DNA of 64,000 nucleotides from positions 1,134-65,133 of the forward strand of contig CAZUJF010000027.1 in the NCBI GenBank assembly GCA_964619955.1, written 5' to 3'. This document shows, in pieces, positions 48,006-57,885 of this stretch. The stretch comes from an uncultured Planctomycetales bacterium. GTDB lineage: Bacteria > Planctomycetota > MHYJ01 > JACPRB01. Both the position numbers and the translations under genes were made by a program. The notes beneath the pieces were generated by a model. The model had not been told where the DNA came from and did no database searches. It saw only the letters and a list, made by a program, of their open reading frames with translations. How positions within the stretch are numbered: position 1 is the first letter of the stretch; each line of letters opens with the position of its first letter.

Positions 48006-49235
48006 ATGCAGGCCCGCTTCCCGACTTGGAAAATCGCCGCCCTCGTGGCCGGCGCGGCGCTTGTCTTGCTCGTCGGGTTCATTGTCTGGGTGGAGTCCGT
48101 CGCTTCCCGCCGCTGGGCGGAACTGCAGCAGCGCGTGCCGGTGCTCATCGCGGAGGCGCGGGCGAGGGAGAAGCGGCGCCCCGTGCTGCGCGGGGAGGCG
48201 CTGCCCGGCAACGCGTGGGACGACTACGCGCAGGCGCTGGCCGCGATCACGGGACTCAAGACCCACGAACTGCGCGAGTTCGTGAATCGCACGCCCAAGG
48301 CGGACCGCGCCAAGGCTGAGGCGACCGTCGCGGCTTTTGAGGGCTGCCTGGCACACGTGAGCACCGGCGCGCAAAGGGCCGAGGGGACCTACCCCCTGAA
48401 TTATGAGAAGGGATTCGAAGCGAACCTGCCCTATCTGTGGGGCGCGACGTGCCTGGCGGAACTGACGGCCTGCAAAGCGCGCTTCCTCGCGGAGGCGAAA
48501 AGGCCGCAGGAAGCGATCAGCCTCCTGCTCGACGGCCTGCAGTTCAGCCTGGATCTCGGCCGAAACACGATGCTCACCGCGGAGATGGGTTCGTGGTTGA
48601 TTCTGAAGACGGTGATGGACGAACTGAAGGACGTGGCGCTGGATCCCCTCGTGAAGGACGTCGCCTGGGCGGACCTGGCCCGCGCCTTGGAACGGCTGGA
48701 TGAGGGCTTCCCGAACCATGGAGAGTCGCTTCTGGCCGAGACGGCGGTCTATGCGGCGAGCGCGTCGCAAAAGGCGATGGGGAATCTCTTGGAGCATCCA
48801 GAGCTGTGGTCCCAATGGCGCTTCGGCTTCTCGGGCCGGATCGTGCTCGCTGACGCGGTCCGGACCCACGAGGCCTGGAGCCGGCGGGCGGCGAAGGTCT
48901 GCCGCGGAACCTGGATCGACCTGGGCCGGATGGCGGGGGAACTCGAAGGCCTCCGCCAGTCGGAGAAAAATCCGATCCTAAAGAATAACCTGCCAAATCT
49001 CTTTATGGCCCGCGCCGGCCTCGAACGGCGCGCGCAGCTGCGCCTGCTCCGGATGGCCGTGGGACTCCGGGCCTCCGGCGCGCTCAAGCCGCTTGAGGAC
49101 CCCTTCGGCGGTAAGCTGCACGGCGACAGCGGCAAACTCTGGAGCGTCGGGCCGGATGGGGTGGACGACGGCGGCGTGGGCTATTGGCAACACCAGCACA
49201 CGGGCGACATCGTCCTGAACCTTCCCAAGCGCTGA
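48006..49235 (+). CDS. Membrane-anchored helical hypothetical protein with a pseudopilin-like C-terminal motif
   Basis: N-terminal TM; C-terminal DPFGG...LWSVGPDGVDDGG resembling GspG-type tails. Confidence 0.55.
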   Translation: MQARFPTWKIAALVAGAALVLLVGFIVWVESVASRRWAELQQRVPVLIAEARAREKRRPVLRGEALPGNAWDDYAQALAAITGLKTHELREFVNRTPKADRAKAEATVAAFEGCLAHVSTGAQRAEGTYPLNYEKGFEANLPYLWGATCLAELTACKARFLAEAKRPQEAISLLLDGLQFSLDLGRNTMLTAEMGSWLILKTVMDELKDVALDPLVKDVAWADLARALERLDEGFPNHGESLLAETAVYAASASQKAMGNLLEHPELWSQWRFGFSGRIVLADAVRTHEAWSRRAAKVCRGTWIDLGRMAGELEGLRQSEKNPILKNNLPNLFMARAGLERRAQLRLLRMAVGLRASGALKPLEDPFGGKLHGDSGKLWSVGPDGVDDGGVGYWQHQHTGDIVLNLPKR

Positions 49236-49317
49236 GGCCGAGCCGCCGCGCTGCGCGCCGTAAGCGGAGCGATGGAGAAGCCTCGAACTTTCCGGCCGCC
49301 CGGGCTACTCATCGCGC

Positions 49318-50472
49318 ATGAATTCGATCCGCCTGGCCTGCCGCAGCGGGGCGCTGCTCCTCCTGCTCGCGGGGCGTTCGCTCGGACAAGCGGCCGACGC
49401 CGGAGAAATCCTGCGCGACCCCGGCTTCGAGGCCGTGCCGGCCGGCCTCCTGCCCTCCCCCGGTCCGGGCCGGGACTGGGAGGTCCAGCGGCACGGACGC
49501 GCCGTGATCCAGGACCGGCTCGTCGTCGCCTGCGTCGAAGGTCCCGAGACGGCGAAGTCGGGACGGAAATCGCTCTCCCTCTCGATCCCCAAGGACACCG
49601 TCGGCTTCGAGTTCGTCACGGTCGGCCAGCGCCACCGGATACCCGCGGCCCTCGAGGTCGAGGCCTCCGTCTGGGTCCGCTGGACCGGCGGCCCCGCAGC
49701 GCCGCCTCCAGGCGCGAACGCGACGTCGGGCCACCCCTCCGCGATCGTCTCGTTCTGGGCGCGGCACCGGGACGGCACGGGCGACTTCGCCGGGCGCGAC
49801 GAGTGGCTCTTTGACGGACGCTGGACCCGGCTCTCCTTCCGACTCCGCGCGACCGACCCCGGAGAGGCGACGCTCGTCTACGTCTCCCTGCTCCCGAACC
49901 AGAAGCCCGCGGACACGACGGTGCTCGTGGACGACTTCTCGCTCCGGACGATCGACGAGCCGGGGGAGGCGGAGCTGCGCGAAGGCGAACTCGTGAAGGA
50001 CGCCGGCTTCGAGGGCCAGAAAACCGGGACCGTGTCCCCGCCCTGGTCCTATGCGGGCATCGGCGGCACGGGCATCCCGGGTCTGATCGTCGGGGACGCG
50101 GGGGCGCGCCACGTGAGGATGTCCATGGGGCGGAACACGACGAACTTCGAGTCCGCCCAACTCTGGCAGCCGCTCGACCTGCGGGAGGGCGTGCGGTACG
50201 AGATCCGCGCGAAGATCCGCTGGGACGATCAGGCCGCCGGCACTCCCGCCCCCATCGTCAACTACGGGATCTATCACGAGGCTTCGCGGACCTGGTACGG
50301 GCCCGTCGACCAGGTGCTCGAGAAGACCCCCGACTGGAGAACCTACCGCTTCGCCCACGTCCCGCCGTATGGAGGACCCTGGAAGCTCTACGTGCAGCTC
50401 AACGGCTGGGGCAACTTCGGCAACGGGGTCACGGTGTCCGTCGACGACGTCGGCTGCCGCCCGGCGAAGTGA
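49318..50472 (+). CDS. Secreted protein with two carbohydrate-binding-like (CBM4/9-type) domains
   Basis: Signal peptide; two repeats starting (L/V).D.GFE...W. Confidence 0.6.
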   Translation: MNSIRLACRSGALLLLLAGRSLGQAADAGEILRDPGFEAVPAGLLPSPGPGRDWEVQRHGRAVIQDRLVVACVEGPETAKSGRKSLSLSIPKDTVGFEFVTVGQRHRIPAALEVEASVWVRWTGGPAAPPPGANATSGHPSAIVSFWARHRDGTGDFAGRDEWLFDGRWTRLSFRLRATDPGEATLVYVSLLPNQKPADTTVLVDDFSLRTIDEPGEAELREGELVKDAGFEGQKTGTVSPPWSYAGIGGTGIPGLIVGDAGARHVRMSMGRNTTNFESAQLWQPLDLREGVRYEIRAKIRWDDQAAGTPAPIVNYGIYHEASRTWYGPVDQVLEKTPDWRTYRFAHVPPYGGPWKLYVQLNGWGNFGNGVTVSVDDVGCRPAK

Positions 50473-50556
50473 CCCTGCAGCCCTAGCGCCACATCCCGAA
50501 TCGGCCACTGAGGAGTGGGTTTCTCATCACGTCACGTGGTAGCATTGCATTGGCTC

Positions 50557-51042
50557 ATGTTCTCAAGAACACCGCCGTCGCCTGCCGTAGTAGCTGTACT
50601 TGGAATTGTTCTTGATTTGCTGGCATTCGCAACAGGCATCCTTACTGAAAACGTCGCAGTGGCTGGCGACTTCAGAGCTTCGGGAATCTTCTTGGTCATG
50701 GTAGTCCCCTATCTACTTGGCAACGTTCTTGCAATCCGCTACTGCCATCGCTCATTCCTGGAGCCCAATGCAAAGAGGTTTCTAGGGATGGCAGTCTATG
50801 GCGTCTATCTTGGGGTTTTCGTTTCAACTTTGGCATTCGCTCTGCCCTATATTGGCCTCTACCCCTCCGTGCCTGCGCTAGGAGTGCTGCTTCTTCAGGA
50901 AGTCTTTACCCAAATACCTCTGACTGCCACCAAGAATCGGGAGCTCTTCTGGCTCTGCGTGCTCACCCTCAACGCGGGCACCTGGGTAGGTGTGATGAGC
51001 ATTTACTCATGGACTGTGCGAGGCAGACGGACCCTGCTGTGA
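50557..51042 (+). CDS. AT-richer multi-TM hypothetical protein
   Basis: About four hydrophobic segments; codon use unlike its neighbours; start is approximate. Confidence 0.6.
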   Translation: MFSRTPPSPAVVAVLGIVLDLLAFATGILTENVAVAGDFRASGIFLVMVVPYLLGNVLAIRYCHRSFLEPNAKRFLGMAVYGVYLGVFVSTLAFALPYIGLYPSVPALGVLLLQEVFTQIPLTATKNRELFWLCVLTLNAGTWVGVMSIYSWTVRGRRTLL

Positions 51043-51091
51043 GGGTCGATGATCCGGAGCGGGACTGCTTCAAGGCGTAAGCGCCCTTCGA

Positions 51092-52984
51092 CTACCTCGA
51101 GAGCGGCGCGCCTTCCTTCAGCCAGGCCTCGGTGTAGACGACACAGCGCAGAGTGGACCCGGACGAGCCCAGATGGTAGATCAGACCGCCGGGCGCCTGC
51201 GCCAGCGACAGGTAGCCGCCGGGACCCTCGACCTTGCGCAGCCGCCAGCTCCGGCCGTCGTCCTGAGAGAACGCGGCGAACGTGCCGCCGCCGGGCAGCA
51301 ACTCCTTCTTGTTGTCGAAGCTCACGAGGAGCAGCGCGCCGCTCGCCAGCTTGAGCGCCGCCGCCTTCTGTCCGACGCCGATCCCGGGGAACGGCGAGGG
51401 CAGCGCCTGCCAGCTCTCCCCTGCATCCCCGGACAGCAGGATCGGCAGCGGATTCGGTCCGCGCAGGAACGCGAGATAAGCGCCGTCGTCGCGCTGGACC
51501 ACCGCGGGATGGATGGCGTACGCGCCCGCCGCCTTCCGCATATCCCCCTGCCCCACCGTCCAGGTCTTGCCGCCGTCGCCGCTGCCCAGCACCCGCTCGT
51601 CGCGGTGGCCGAAGTCGCCGTCCGCCGCCAGCACCAGCCGGCCGTCCCGGGCCACGAACGCCGAGCAGGGCTGGCTCATGCGCCGGGGATCCTCGCGCGT
51701 CAGGAAAATCCGCGGCGCCGACCAGGTCGCCCCGTTGTCGTCGGAACTGCGCAGCCCTTCCGCAGCGTCGTCCCAGCCGCTGAGCGACTGCGTGAAGAAG
51801 TGGTGCAGCCGGCCGCCCTCTCGCAGCAGCACCGGCGCGTGCGTGTTGCAGTCCGCGACGCCGAAGAAGAACGACGGCGCATCCCAGCGCTCGGCGCCCG
51901 CCCGCAGCCGCGACGCCGCCTGGGCCGTCTCGCGCCCCTCCTCCTGCGTGCAGGTGTACCAGACCGCCAGCACGTCGCCGTTGGGACAGACCGCCAGCGC
52001 CGTGTAATGATTCCAGGCGCCGTAGATCGGCCCCCACTGGTCCTTCGCGACCGCCAAACCCTGACTCAACGGCGCGAAGTACGGCTGCGCGGGATCCGGT
52101 CCTCCCTGCGGCGCGGGAGTCTGCCTCACGTCCCGCTGGTTCAGCGGCGCTTCCTCGGCCGGCAGCGGCTTCGTCGCGGGGGCTTCGCCCAGCACGACGC
52201 GGAACCCGGTCGCGCGGTGGGCGTCCTCGGGGAGTTGGGCCGAGCGGTTCGCGGAGCGGGCGTAGCGGACCGCGCCGAGCTTGTGGGACGCGGACAGGAA
52301 ACTCCAGCCCCGGGTCACGCGCGCCGCGGCGTCCGCGCGGCCGACGGGGTCCGTCTGCAGTCCGGCGACATACGGCCCGTAGCCGTCCAGACACCACTCG
52401 GCCACGTTGCCGTGCATGTCGTGCAGACCCCAGGGGTTGGGCGGGTACGCGCCCACGGCCACGGGACGACTGAGGCGCTTGCCGTCCGAGCCGATGCCGA
52501 AGTGGGCCTGCTGCGCTGTCAGCGTCTCCCCGCCGGAATACGGCGTGGTCGTGCCGGCCCGGCAGGCGTACTCCCACTCCGCCTCCGTCGGCAGACGGTA
52601 GGGCCGGCCTTCCTGCTTCGAGAGCCAGGCGCAGAACGCCACGGCCTGCGTCCAGGTCACCAGGACCACGGGTTCGTCGTCCGCCCGGCTGCCCGAGTGC
52701 CGCCCTCGATGGCTCTTGTGCGCCGGATCAAAACGCTCGTACTGGGCGTTCGTGACCTCGGTGGCTCCCAGGTAAAAAGCCCGGCTGATGCGGACCGGAT
52801 GGGCCGGCGCCTCGTCCCAGTCCCGAAGATCCCACTCCTCCCGGGTCCGGGGCGGCGTCTCCCCCTGCCCCATGACGAAGTCCCCGGCCTCGATGCGGAC
52901 CAGCTTCATGCCCGCCGAGTTGTCGATGACCCGGTCGGGCTCCTGTCCGAGAGCAGCCAGGCAGAGCAGGAACACGGATTCCAT
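51092..52984 (-). CDS. FGE-sulfatase (SUMF1) domain fused to a BNR/sialidase-like propeller
   Basis: EVTNAQY; RLPTEAEWEYACRAG; NPWGLHDMHGNVAEWC; GFRVV; Asp-boxes SDDNGATW, SGDGGKTW, SGDAGESW, SQDDGRSW. Confidence 0.82.
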   Translation of the reverse strand: MESVFLLCLAALGQEPDRVIDNSAGMKLVRIEAGDFVMGQGETPPRTREEWDLRDWDEAPAHPVRISRAFYLGATEVTNAQYERFDPAHKSHRGRHSGSRADDEPVVLVTWTQAVAFCAWLSKQEGRPYRLPTEAEWEYACRAGTTTPYSGGETLTAQQAHFGIGSDGKRLSRPVAVGAYPPNPWGLHDMHGNVAEWCLDGYGPYVAGLQTDPVGRADAAARVTRGWSFLSASHKLGAVRYARSANRSAQLPEDAHRATGFRVVLGEAPATKPLPAEEAPLNQRDVRQTPAPQGGPDPAQPYFAPLSQGLAVAKDQWGPIYGAWNHYTALAVCPNGDVLAVWYTCTQEEGRETAQAASRLRAGAERWDAPSFFFGVADCNTHAPVLLREGGRLHHFFTQSLSGWDDAAEGLRSSDDNGATWSAPRIFLTREDPRRMSQPCSAFVARDGRLVLAADGDFGHRDERVLGSGDGGKTWTVGQGDMRKAAGAYAIHPAVVQRDDGAYLAFLRGPNPLPILLSGDAGESWQALPSPFPGIGVGQKAAALKLASGALLLVSFDNKKELLPGGGTFAAFSQDDGRSWRLRKVEGPGGYLSLAQAPGGLIYHLGSSGSTLRCVVYTEAWLKEGAPLSR

Positions 52985-53110
52985 CCCGGATAAGGTAGCG
53001 CAACGGGGGAAGCCCGGGGGTTCGAATGTGATTTTTCGGCTTCTGTTTTCTCTCCGCCGGCGGTGTATCTTGGAGGAGAGTCCGACTTCCCTCCCGACCC
53101 CGGAGGCTTC

Positions 53111-54010
53111 GTGAATCGACGTCGCTTTCTCGCCCTCGCCGCGGGCGCCGCCGGACTCAGCCTGGCGAAGCCCCTTGAGCGCGTCGAACGGCGCGCCCAC
53201 GCCCTCGGCAGCAAGATCTCCCTCGTCGCGTATCACGAAGATCGTGCGAACGCTGAAGCCGCGATCGACGCCTCGTTCGCCGCCCTCGACGCCATCGAGG
53301 ACGTCATGAGCCTCTACCGTCCAGGCAGCCAGCTGCGCCGCCTCAACAGCGACGGCGTCCTGGATCAGCCCCATCCCGATCTCGTCACCGTGCTCCAGGC
53401 GGCGATCGACTGGTCGCGCCGCACGAACGGCGCCTTCGACCCGACCGTGCAGCCGCTCTGGGAGTCGGACGACTTCGAAGCCGCCCACGCCCGCGTCGAC
53501 TGGCGCAGCGTCGAGGTCGGCCCCCACCGCCTCCGGCTCGCGCCCGGTCAGGCCGTCACGCTCAACGGCATCGCCCAGGGTTTCGCGGCCGACCGCGTCC
53601 GCGACGTGCTCCGCGCCCACGGCGTCCGCCAGGCCCTCGCCGACACCGGCGAGATCGCCGGACTCGGCCGCCCCTGGCGCATCGGCATCCAGCACCCGCG
53701 CCTCCCCGACGCCTACGTCGCCCTCGCCGAACTCCGGGACCGCGTCATGGCGACCTCCGGCGACTACGCCACCACCTCCACCCGCCACCTCGTCGATCCT
53801 GCGACGGGCCGCGCGCCGACGACCCTCTCGAGCGTGACGATCCTCGCGCCCACGGGACTCGAGGCGGACGCGCTCTCGACCGCCGTCTGCGTCCTCGGTC
53901 CCGAGCGCGGCCTGGAGCTGCTCCGCTCCCGGCCGGACGTCGACGCGCTGCTCATCCTGAAAGACGGCCGCAGCATCGCCACCCCGAAGTTCCCGGAGCT
54001 GCGCGCATGA
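53111..54010 (+). CDS. apbE: FAD:protein FMN transferase, Tat-exported
   Basis: RRRFL Tat motif; GAFDPTV; LNGIAQGFAAD; ATSGDY; ADALSTA. Confidence 0.88.
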   Translation: MNRRRFLALAAGAAGLSLAKPLERVERRAHALGSKISLVAYHEDRANAEAAIDASFAALDAIEDVMSLYRPGSQLRRLNSDGVLDQPHPDLVTVLQAAIDWSRRTNGAFDPTVQPLWESDDFEAAHARVDWRSVEVGPHRLRLAPGQAVTLNGIAQGFAADRVRDVLRAHGVRQALADTGEIAGLGRPWRIGIQHPRLPDAYVALAELRDRVMATSGDYATTSTRHLVDPATGRAPTTLSSVTILAPTGLEADALSTAVCVLGPERGLELLRSRPDVDALLILKDGRSIATPKFPELRA

Positions 54011-55044
54011 CGCCGCTCGCGCTCGCCGTCCTCTGCCTCCTCCCGCTCCAGGCCCCCAAGGACAAGCCGAAAGCGGAGATCCAGGCGCTCATCAAGAAGG
54101 TCGGCACGACGCCGCCCGACTGGTTCGCGGCGACCCCGCTCAACTATCCGAAGACGCTGGACCTCAGCTGGCCGGACCCCCCGCCGGGCAGTCCCTGGGA
54201 CCCGAGCAAGAACGTCGGGCAGTTCATCTGGACCTCGATCAACGAGAACGAGGGCCGCTGGAAGGAGGGCGTCCGCTTCCTGCACCACCTGCTCACCGTG
54301 AACCAGAAGAACCCGGTGCTCGTGAAGCGCACGATGGCCGCGCTCGCGAACATGTACCACAACCTGCACGAGGACTGGGCGCGCGCCGCCTTCTGGTGGG
54401 AGAAGGCGGGCGAGCTCACGAACACCGACCTCGCCCATTGCTACTTCAAGCTCGGATCGAAGGCGATGGCGGCGGAGATCCTCAAGGGCTACCCCGCCGA
54501 CAGCAGCCGCCACTGCAACGTCGCGCGGCTCTGGGCGGAACTGGGCGACATCGACAAGGGGCTCAGGATGGCGCTGCAGACGGCGCAGTCGATGCCGGAC
54601 GTGGGCTTCCTCGCGGCCGGCGACATCTGCCGCGTCGCGGGCCGCTTCCCGGAGGCGCTCGCCCACTACCAGAAGGTCGTGGACGCGCCGTCGGGCGGAC
54701 GGGATCTCAAGCAGTCGAAGGACCGCGCGACGGCGAGCCTCCAGGCGATCAAGCTCGTCGACACGCTCGACCTGAAGCGGGTGCCGGACGGGACCTACCG
54801 CGATTCCAGCATCGGCTACTCGGGCCAGGTGACGGTGGAGACCACGATCGCGGGCGGGAAGATCACGGGCGTCCGCGTCACGCAGCACACCGAGAAACAA
54901 TACTACTCGGCGATCACGGACACGGCGCGCCAGCTCATCGCGAAGCAGGGGGCGAAGGGCGTCGACGCCACCAGCGGCGCGACGATCACGTCCGAGGCCA
55001 TCATCAACGCCTCCCTGAAGGCCCTCAGCAAGGGCCAGAAGTGA
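54007..55044 (+). CDS. Exported TPR-like protein with a C-terminal FMN-binding (flavinylation) domain
   Basis: GYSGQVTV...GGKITGVRV...VDATSGATITS. Confidence 0.82.
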   Translation: MTPLALAVLCLLPLQAPKDKPKAEIQALIKKVGTTPPDWFAATPLNYPKTLDLSWPDPPPGSPWDPSKNVGQFIWTSINENEGRWKEGVRFLHHLLTVNQKNPVLVKRTMAALANMYHNLHEDWARAAFWWEKAGELTNTDLAHCYFKLGSKAMAAEILKGYPADSSRHCNVARLWAELGDIDKGLRMALQTAQSMPDVGFLAAGDICRVAGRFPEALAHYQKVVDAPSGGRDLKQSKDRATASLQAIKLVDTLDLKRVPDGTYRDSSIGYSGQVTVETTIAGGKITGVRVTQHTEKQYYSAITDTARQLIAKQGAKGVDATSGATITSEAIINASLKALSKGQK

Positions 55045-56840
55045 TCCGGCTCGACGTCTTTCTCCCCTTCTTCCGGAAGCGGAAGAAGACCGAAGCGCCC
55101 GGCCGGCCGATTCCTGTGCTCTGGAGGCCGCTGCGCTCGGATCCGGAGACGGGCCGCAAGGGCCTCATCCGCCGCGCGCTCCTGAAGATCGGCGGGACCT
55201 GGCTGTCCTCGCCCGTGCGCCGTCTCGTGCAGGCCCTGTGCTTCCTCGCGTTCGTCGCGCTCTTCGTCTGGGTCTGCTGGCCCTACGGCGGGACGAACTA
55301 CGCGCAGCACCGGGAGTCGAAGGAGAAGATCGCCGCCGAGTTCTTCCTCATCATCGATCCGCTCGTGAGCCTCTCGACGGCGATCGCGGCCCGGAGCTGG
55401 GTCTGGTCGCTCACGGCGGCGGGCGTCGTCCTCGCCGTCTGCATCTTCATCCCGCGGGGGTTTTGCGGCTACGTCTGCCCGCTCGGAACGGTGATCGACC
55501 TCTTCGACTGGGCGGTGGGCAAACGCTTCAAGCGCTGGAAGCTGCCGGACGGGAATCGGGGCTGGTGGGTGCATCTCAAATACTACCTGCTGCTCGCCTG
55601 CCTGGTCGCCGGGCTCTTCGGCGTCCTGCTCACCGGCTTCGTGGCGGCGATCCCCGTCGTCACGCGGGCCTTCCTCTTCCTCGTGAAGCCCCTGCAGCTC
55701 GGGATGACGAAGGGCTGGTACCTCAACACGGGCTTCAACGCGGGCCACGTCGTTTCGATCCTGCTCTTCCTCGGGGTGCTCTTCCTCGGCGTCTTCCGCC
55801 GGCGCTTCTGGTGCCAGTACGTCTGCCCGACGGGCGCGGTCTTTTCGCTGGGCAACCTCTTCCGGGCGACGGAGCGCAAGGTGGAGGCCTCGTGCATCTC
55901 CTGCAACAAGTGCATCGAGATCTGCCCCTTCGACGCCATCAAGGCCGACTTCACGACGCGCGGGACGGAGTGCACGCTCTGCCAGAGCTGCGGCGGGGTC
56001 TGTCCGACCCATTCGATCAAGTTCGTGGACCGCTGGGATCAGAAGGATTTGAAGAAAGAGGAGACGGGCGCGGAGGGACGTCCGACGCGGCGCGGCTTCC
56101 TCACGGGCGCGCTGGCGGGATCGGCGACGGCCGTCACGATGCCCGTGGCGTGGGGGAGCTCCGGGAAGCCGCTGCCGGTGCGGCCGCCCGGGAGCCTCCC
56201 GGAGCGCCAGTTCATGGGGGCCTGCATCCGCTGCGGCGCGTGTTTCCAGGCCTGTCCGAACGACGTCCTGCAGCCGATGGGCTTCGAGCAGGGCCTGGAG
56301 GGTTTGTGGACGCCGCGGGTCGTCGCGAACTGGGCGGGCTGCGAAGCGACCTGCAACAACTGCGGCCAGGTCTGTCCCACCGGCGCGATCCGCGCGCTCC
56401 CGATCGAGGAGAAACGCGTCGCGCGCATGGGGCTGGCGCGGGTCGAGTCGAGCTGTCTGCCGCTCGCGGGCAAGGAGGCCTGCCGGCTCTGCGTGGACGA
56501 ATGCACGGCGGCGGGCTACCACGCGATCGAGTTCATGCGGGTGCATCCGACGCTCGACGACAAAGGGTTGCCGATCGACGGCTCGGGCTTCGCGGCGCCG
56601 GTGGTGCTCGCGGACAAGTGCGTGGGCTGCGGCCTCTGTCAGACGCGCTGCCACGTGATCAACGTGAAGGAGAAGCGTCTGCTCTCCTCGGTCGCCATCG
56701 TGGTCGAGGCGGGCGCCGGCCTGGAGGACCGGATCTCCCATGGTTCCTATCTCGCGTTGCGCGAGCAGGAGCGCAAGGCCAAGGCTCCGGCGCCGCCCTC
56801 CGACGACGCCTATCTCCCGGATTTCCTGAAGGACAAGTAG
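55041..56840 (+). CDS. NapH/MauN-like membrane polyferredoxin fused to a NapG/MauM-like domain
   Basis: FCGYVCPLG and FWCQYVCPTG motifs; several CxxCxxCxxxCP clusters; internal RRGFL. Confidence 0.85.
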   Translation: MIRLDVFLPFFRKRKKTEAPGRPIPVLWRPLRSDPETGRKGLIRRALLKIGGTWLSSPVRRLVQALCFLAFVALFVWVCWPYGGTNYAQHRESKEKIAAEFFLIIDPLVSLSTAIAARSWVWSLTAAGVVLAVCIFIPRGFCGYVCPLGTVIDLFDWAVGKRFKRWKLPDGNRGWWVHLKYYLLLACLVAGLFGVLLTGFVAAIPVVTRAFLFLVKPLQLGMTKGWYLNTGFNAGHVVSILLFLGVLFLGVFRRRFWCQYVCPTGAVFSLGNLFRATERKVEASCISCNKCIEICPFDAIKADFTTRGTECTLCQSCGGVCPTHSIKFVDRWDQKDLKKEETGAEGRPTRRGFLTGALAGSATAVTMPVAWGSSGKPLPVRPPGSLPERQFMGACIRCGACFQACPNDVLQPMGFEQGLEGLWTPRVVANWAGCEATCNNCGQVCPTGAIRALPIEEKRVARMGLARVESSCLPLAGKEACRLCVDECTAAGYHAIEFMRVHPTLDDKGLPIDGSGFAAPVVLADKCVGCGLCQTRCHVINVKEKRLLSSVAIVVEAGAGLEDRISHGSYLALREQERKAKAPAPPSDDAYLPDFLKDK

Positions 56841-56943
56841 GCTCCGGGTAAGAGCGGGAGGCTTCTTACGGCGGGCTTGCCATTTCCCTTCATGAACCGT
56901 AATTCATCTCCGCCTCACGTCCCCCTCATCTCCTTGGGAGAGT

Positions 56944-57885
56944 ATGAGGGTGAAGACAGAAGTGAGGTCCCTCATGGCGTATCTGATGCTGGTCCTGTGT
57001 GCCGTCCTTCCGGATCACCCGCTCGGGAACGACCTGCCGGTCTCGCTCGCCGTGGCCCCGCCGCGCCGGCGGCAGCAGGATGAACCGATGGAGCGTCCGC
57101 CCCGCTTCGATCCCGCCCCGCCGGCGGCCGGGGGCGGCCACCTGTCCGTCAGCGGGGCGCTGGAGATGAAGTTCCTCTCGGGACGCACGAAGGTTCGGGA
57201 GCGCGACAGCCGGCCCGAATGGCTGGACCTGGACGGCGACCTGGGCCTCGGAGAGGCGCCCGGGTTCCGCGTCTCGATGTCCCTGGAATCGCGCCGCTTC
57301 CGGGGCTTCCTCGAGTTCGAATCGGCGCAGGCGGGCGGGGAGGGCGTCTCCGACCGGGACTTCGCCTACGACGAGGGGGAGTTCAAGGCGGGCATTCCGT
57401 ACGAAACCTCCGTCAGCATCTACTTCGCGCGCGCCGGGCTTTCGTTCAAGCGGGCCTTCGTGGACCGGCCCACGGCCTCGTTCGGATTCATGATCGGCCT
57501 GGAATACCCGAGGATCAGCCTCGGCATCGAGCAGCCGGGGTCCGGGGAGTCGACGTCGGAGCAGTACGACCAGTTCCTGCCCGTCCCCATCGTGGGCCTG
57601 GAGGGAGAACTTCGGATCACGTCCTCGCTCACGCTCTCAGGGCGGGCCTTTTTCGGCTATGTGAAGGATCTGCCGACCCCGTTCACGGAGGGCGGGACGC
57701 TGGTCATGAGCGTCGAAACGTTCACGGTGGAGGCCGCGCTGACCTGGCAGGCCACCGCGGCGCTGCGCTTCACGCTGGGCGTGGGCTACCAGCGCTGGGC
57801 CGGCGAGCTCCACTCGGGCGAGGACGGCAACCAGCTGACGTTCAGCGCCCCGCAGATCACGATCGGCCTCGAGCTGCGGTGGTAG
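56944..57885 (+). CDS. Putative outer-membrane beta-barrel protein
   Basis: Alternating beta-strand pattern; DLDGDLGL; C-terminal IGLELRW; start uncertain. Confidence 0.6.
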   Translation: MRVKTEVRSLMAYLMLVLCAVLPDHPLGNDLPVSLAVAPPRRRQQDEPMERPPRFDPAPPAAGGGHLSVSGALEMKFLSGRTKVRERDSRPEWLDLDGDLGLGEAPGFRVSMSLESRRFRGFLEFESAQAGGEGVSDRDFAYDEGEFKAGIPYETSVSIYFARAGLSFKRAFVDRPTASFGFMIGLEYPRISLGIEQPGSGESTSEQYDQFLPVPIVGLEGELRITSSLTLSGRAFFGYVKDLPTPFTEGGTLVMSVETFTVEAALTWQATAALRFTLGVGYQRWAGELHSGEDGNQLTFSAPQITIGLELRW

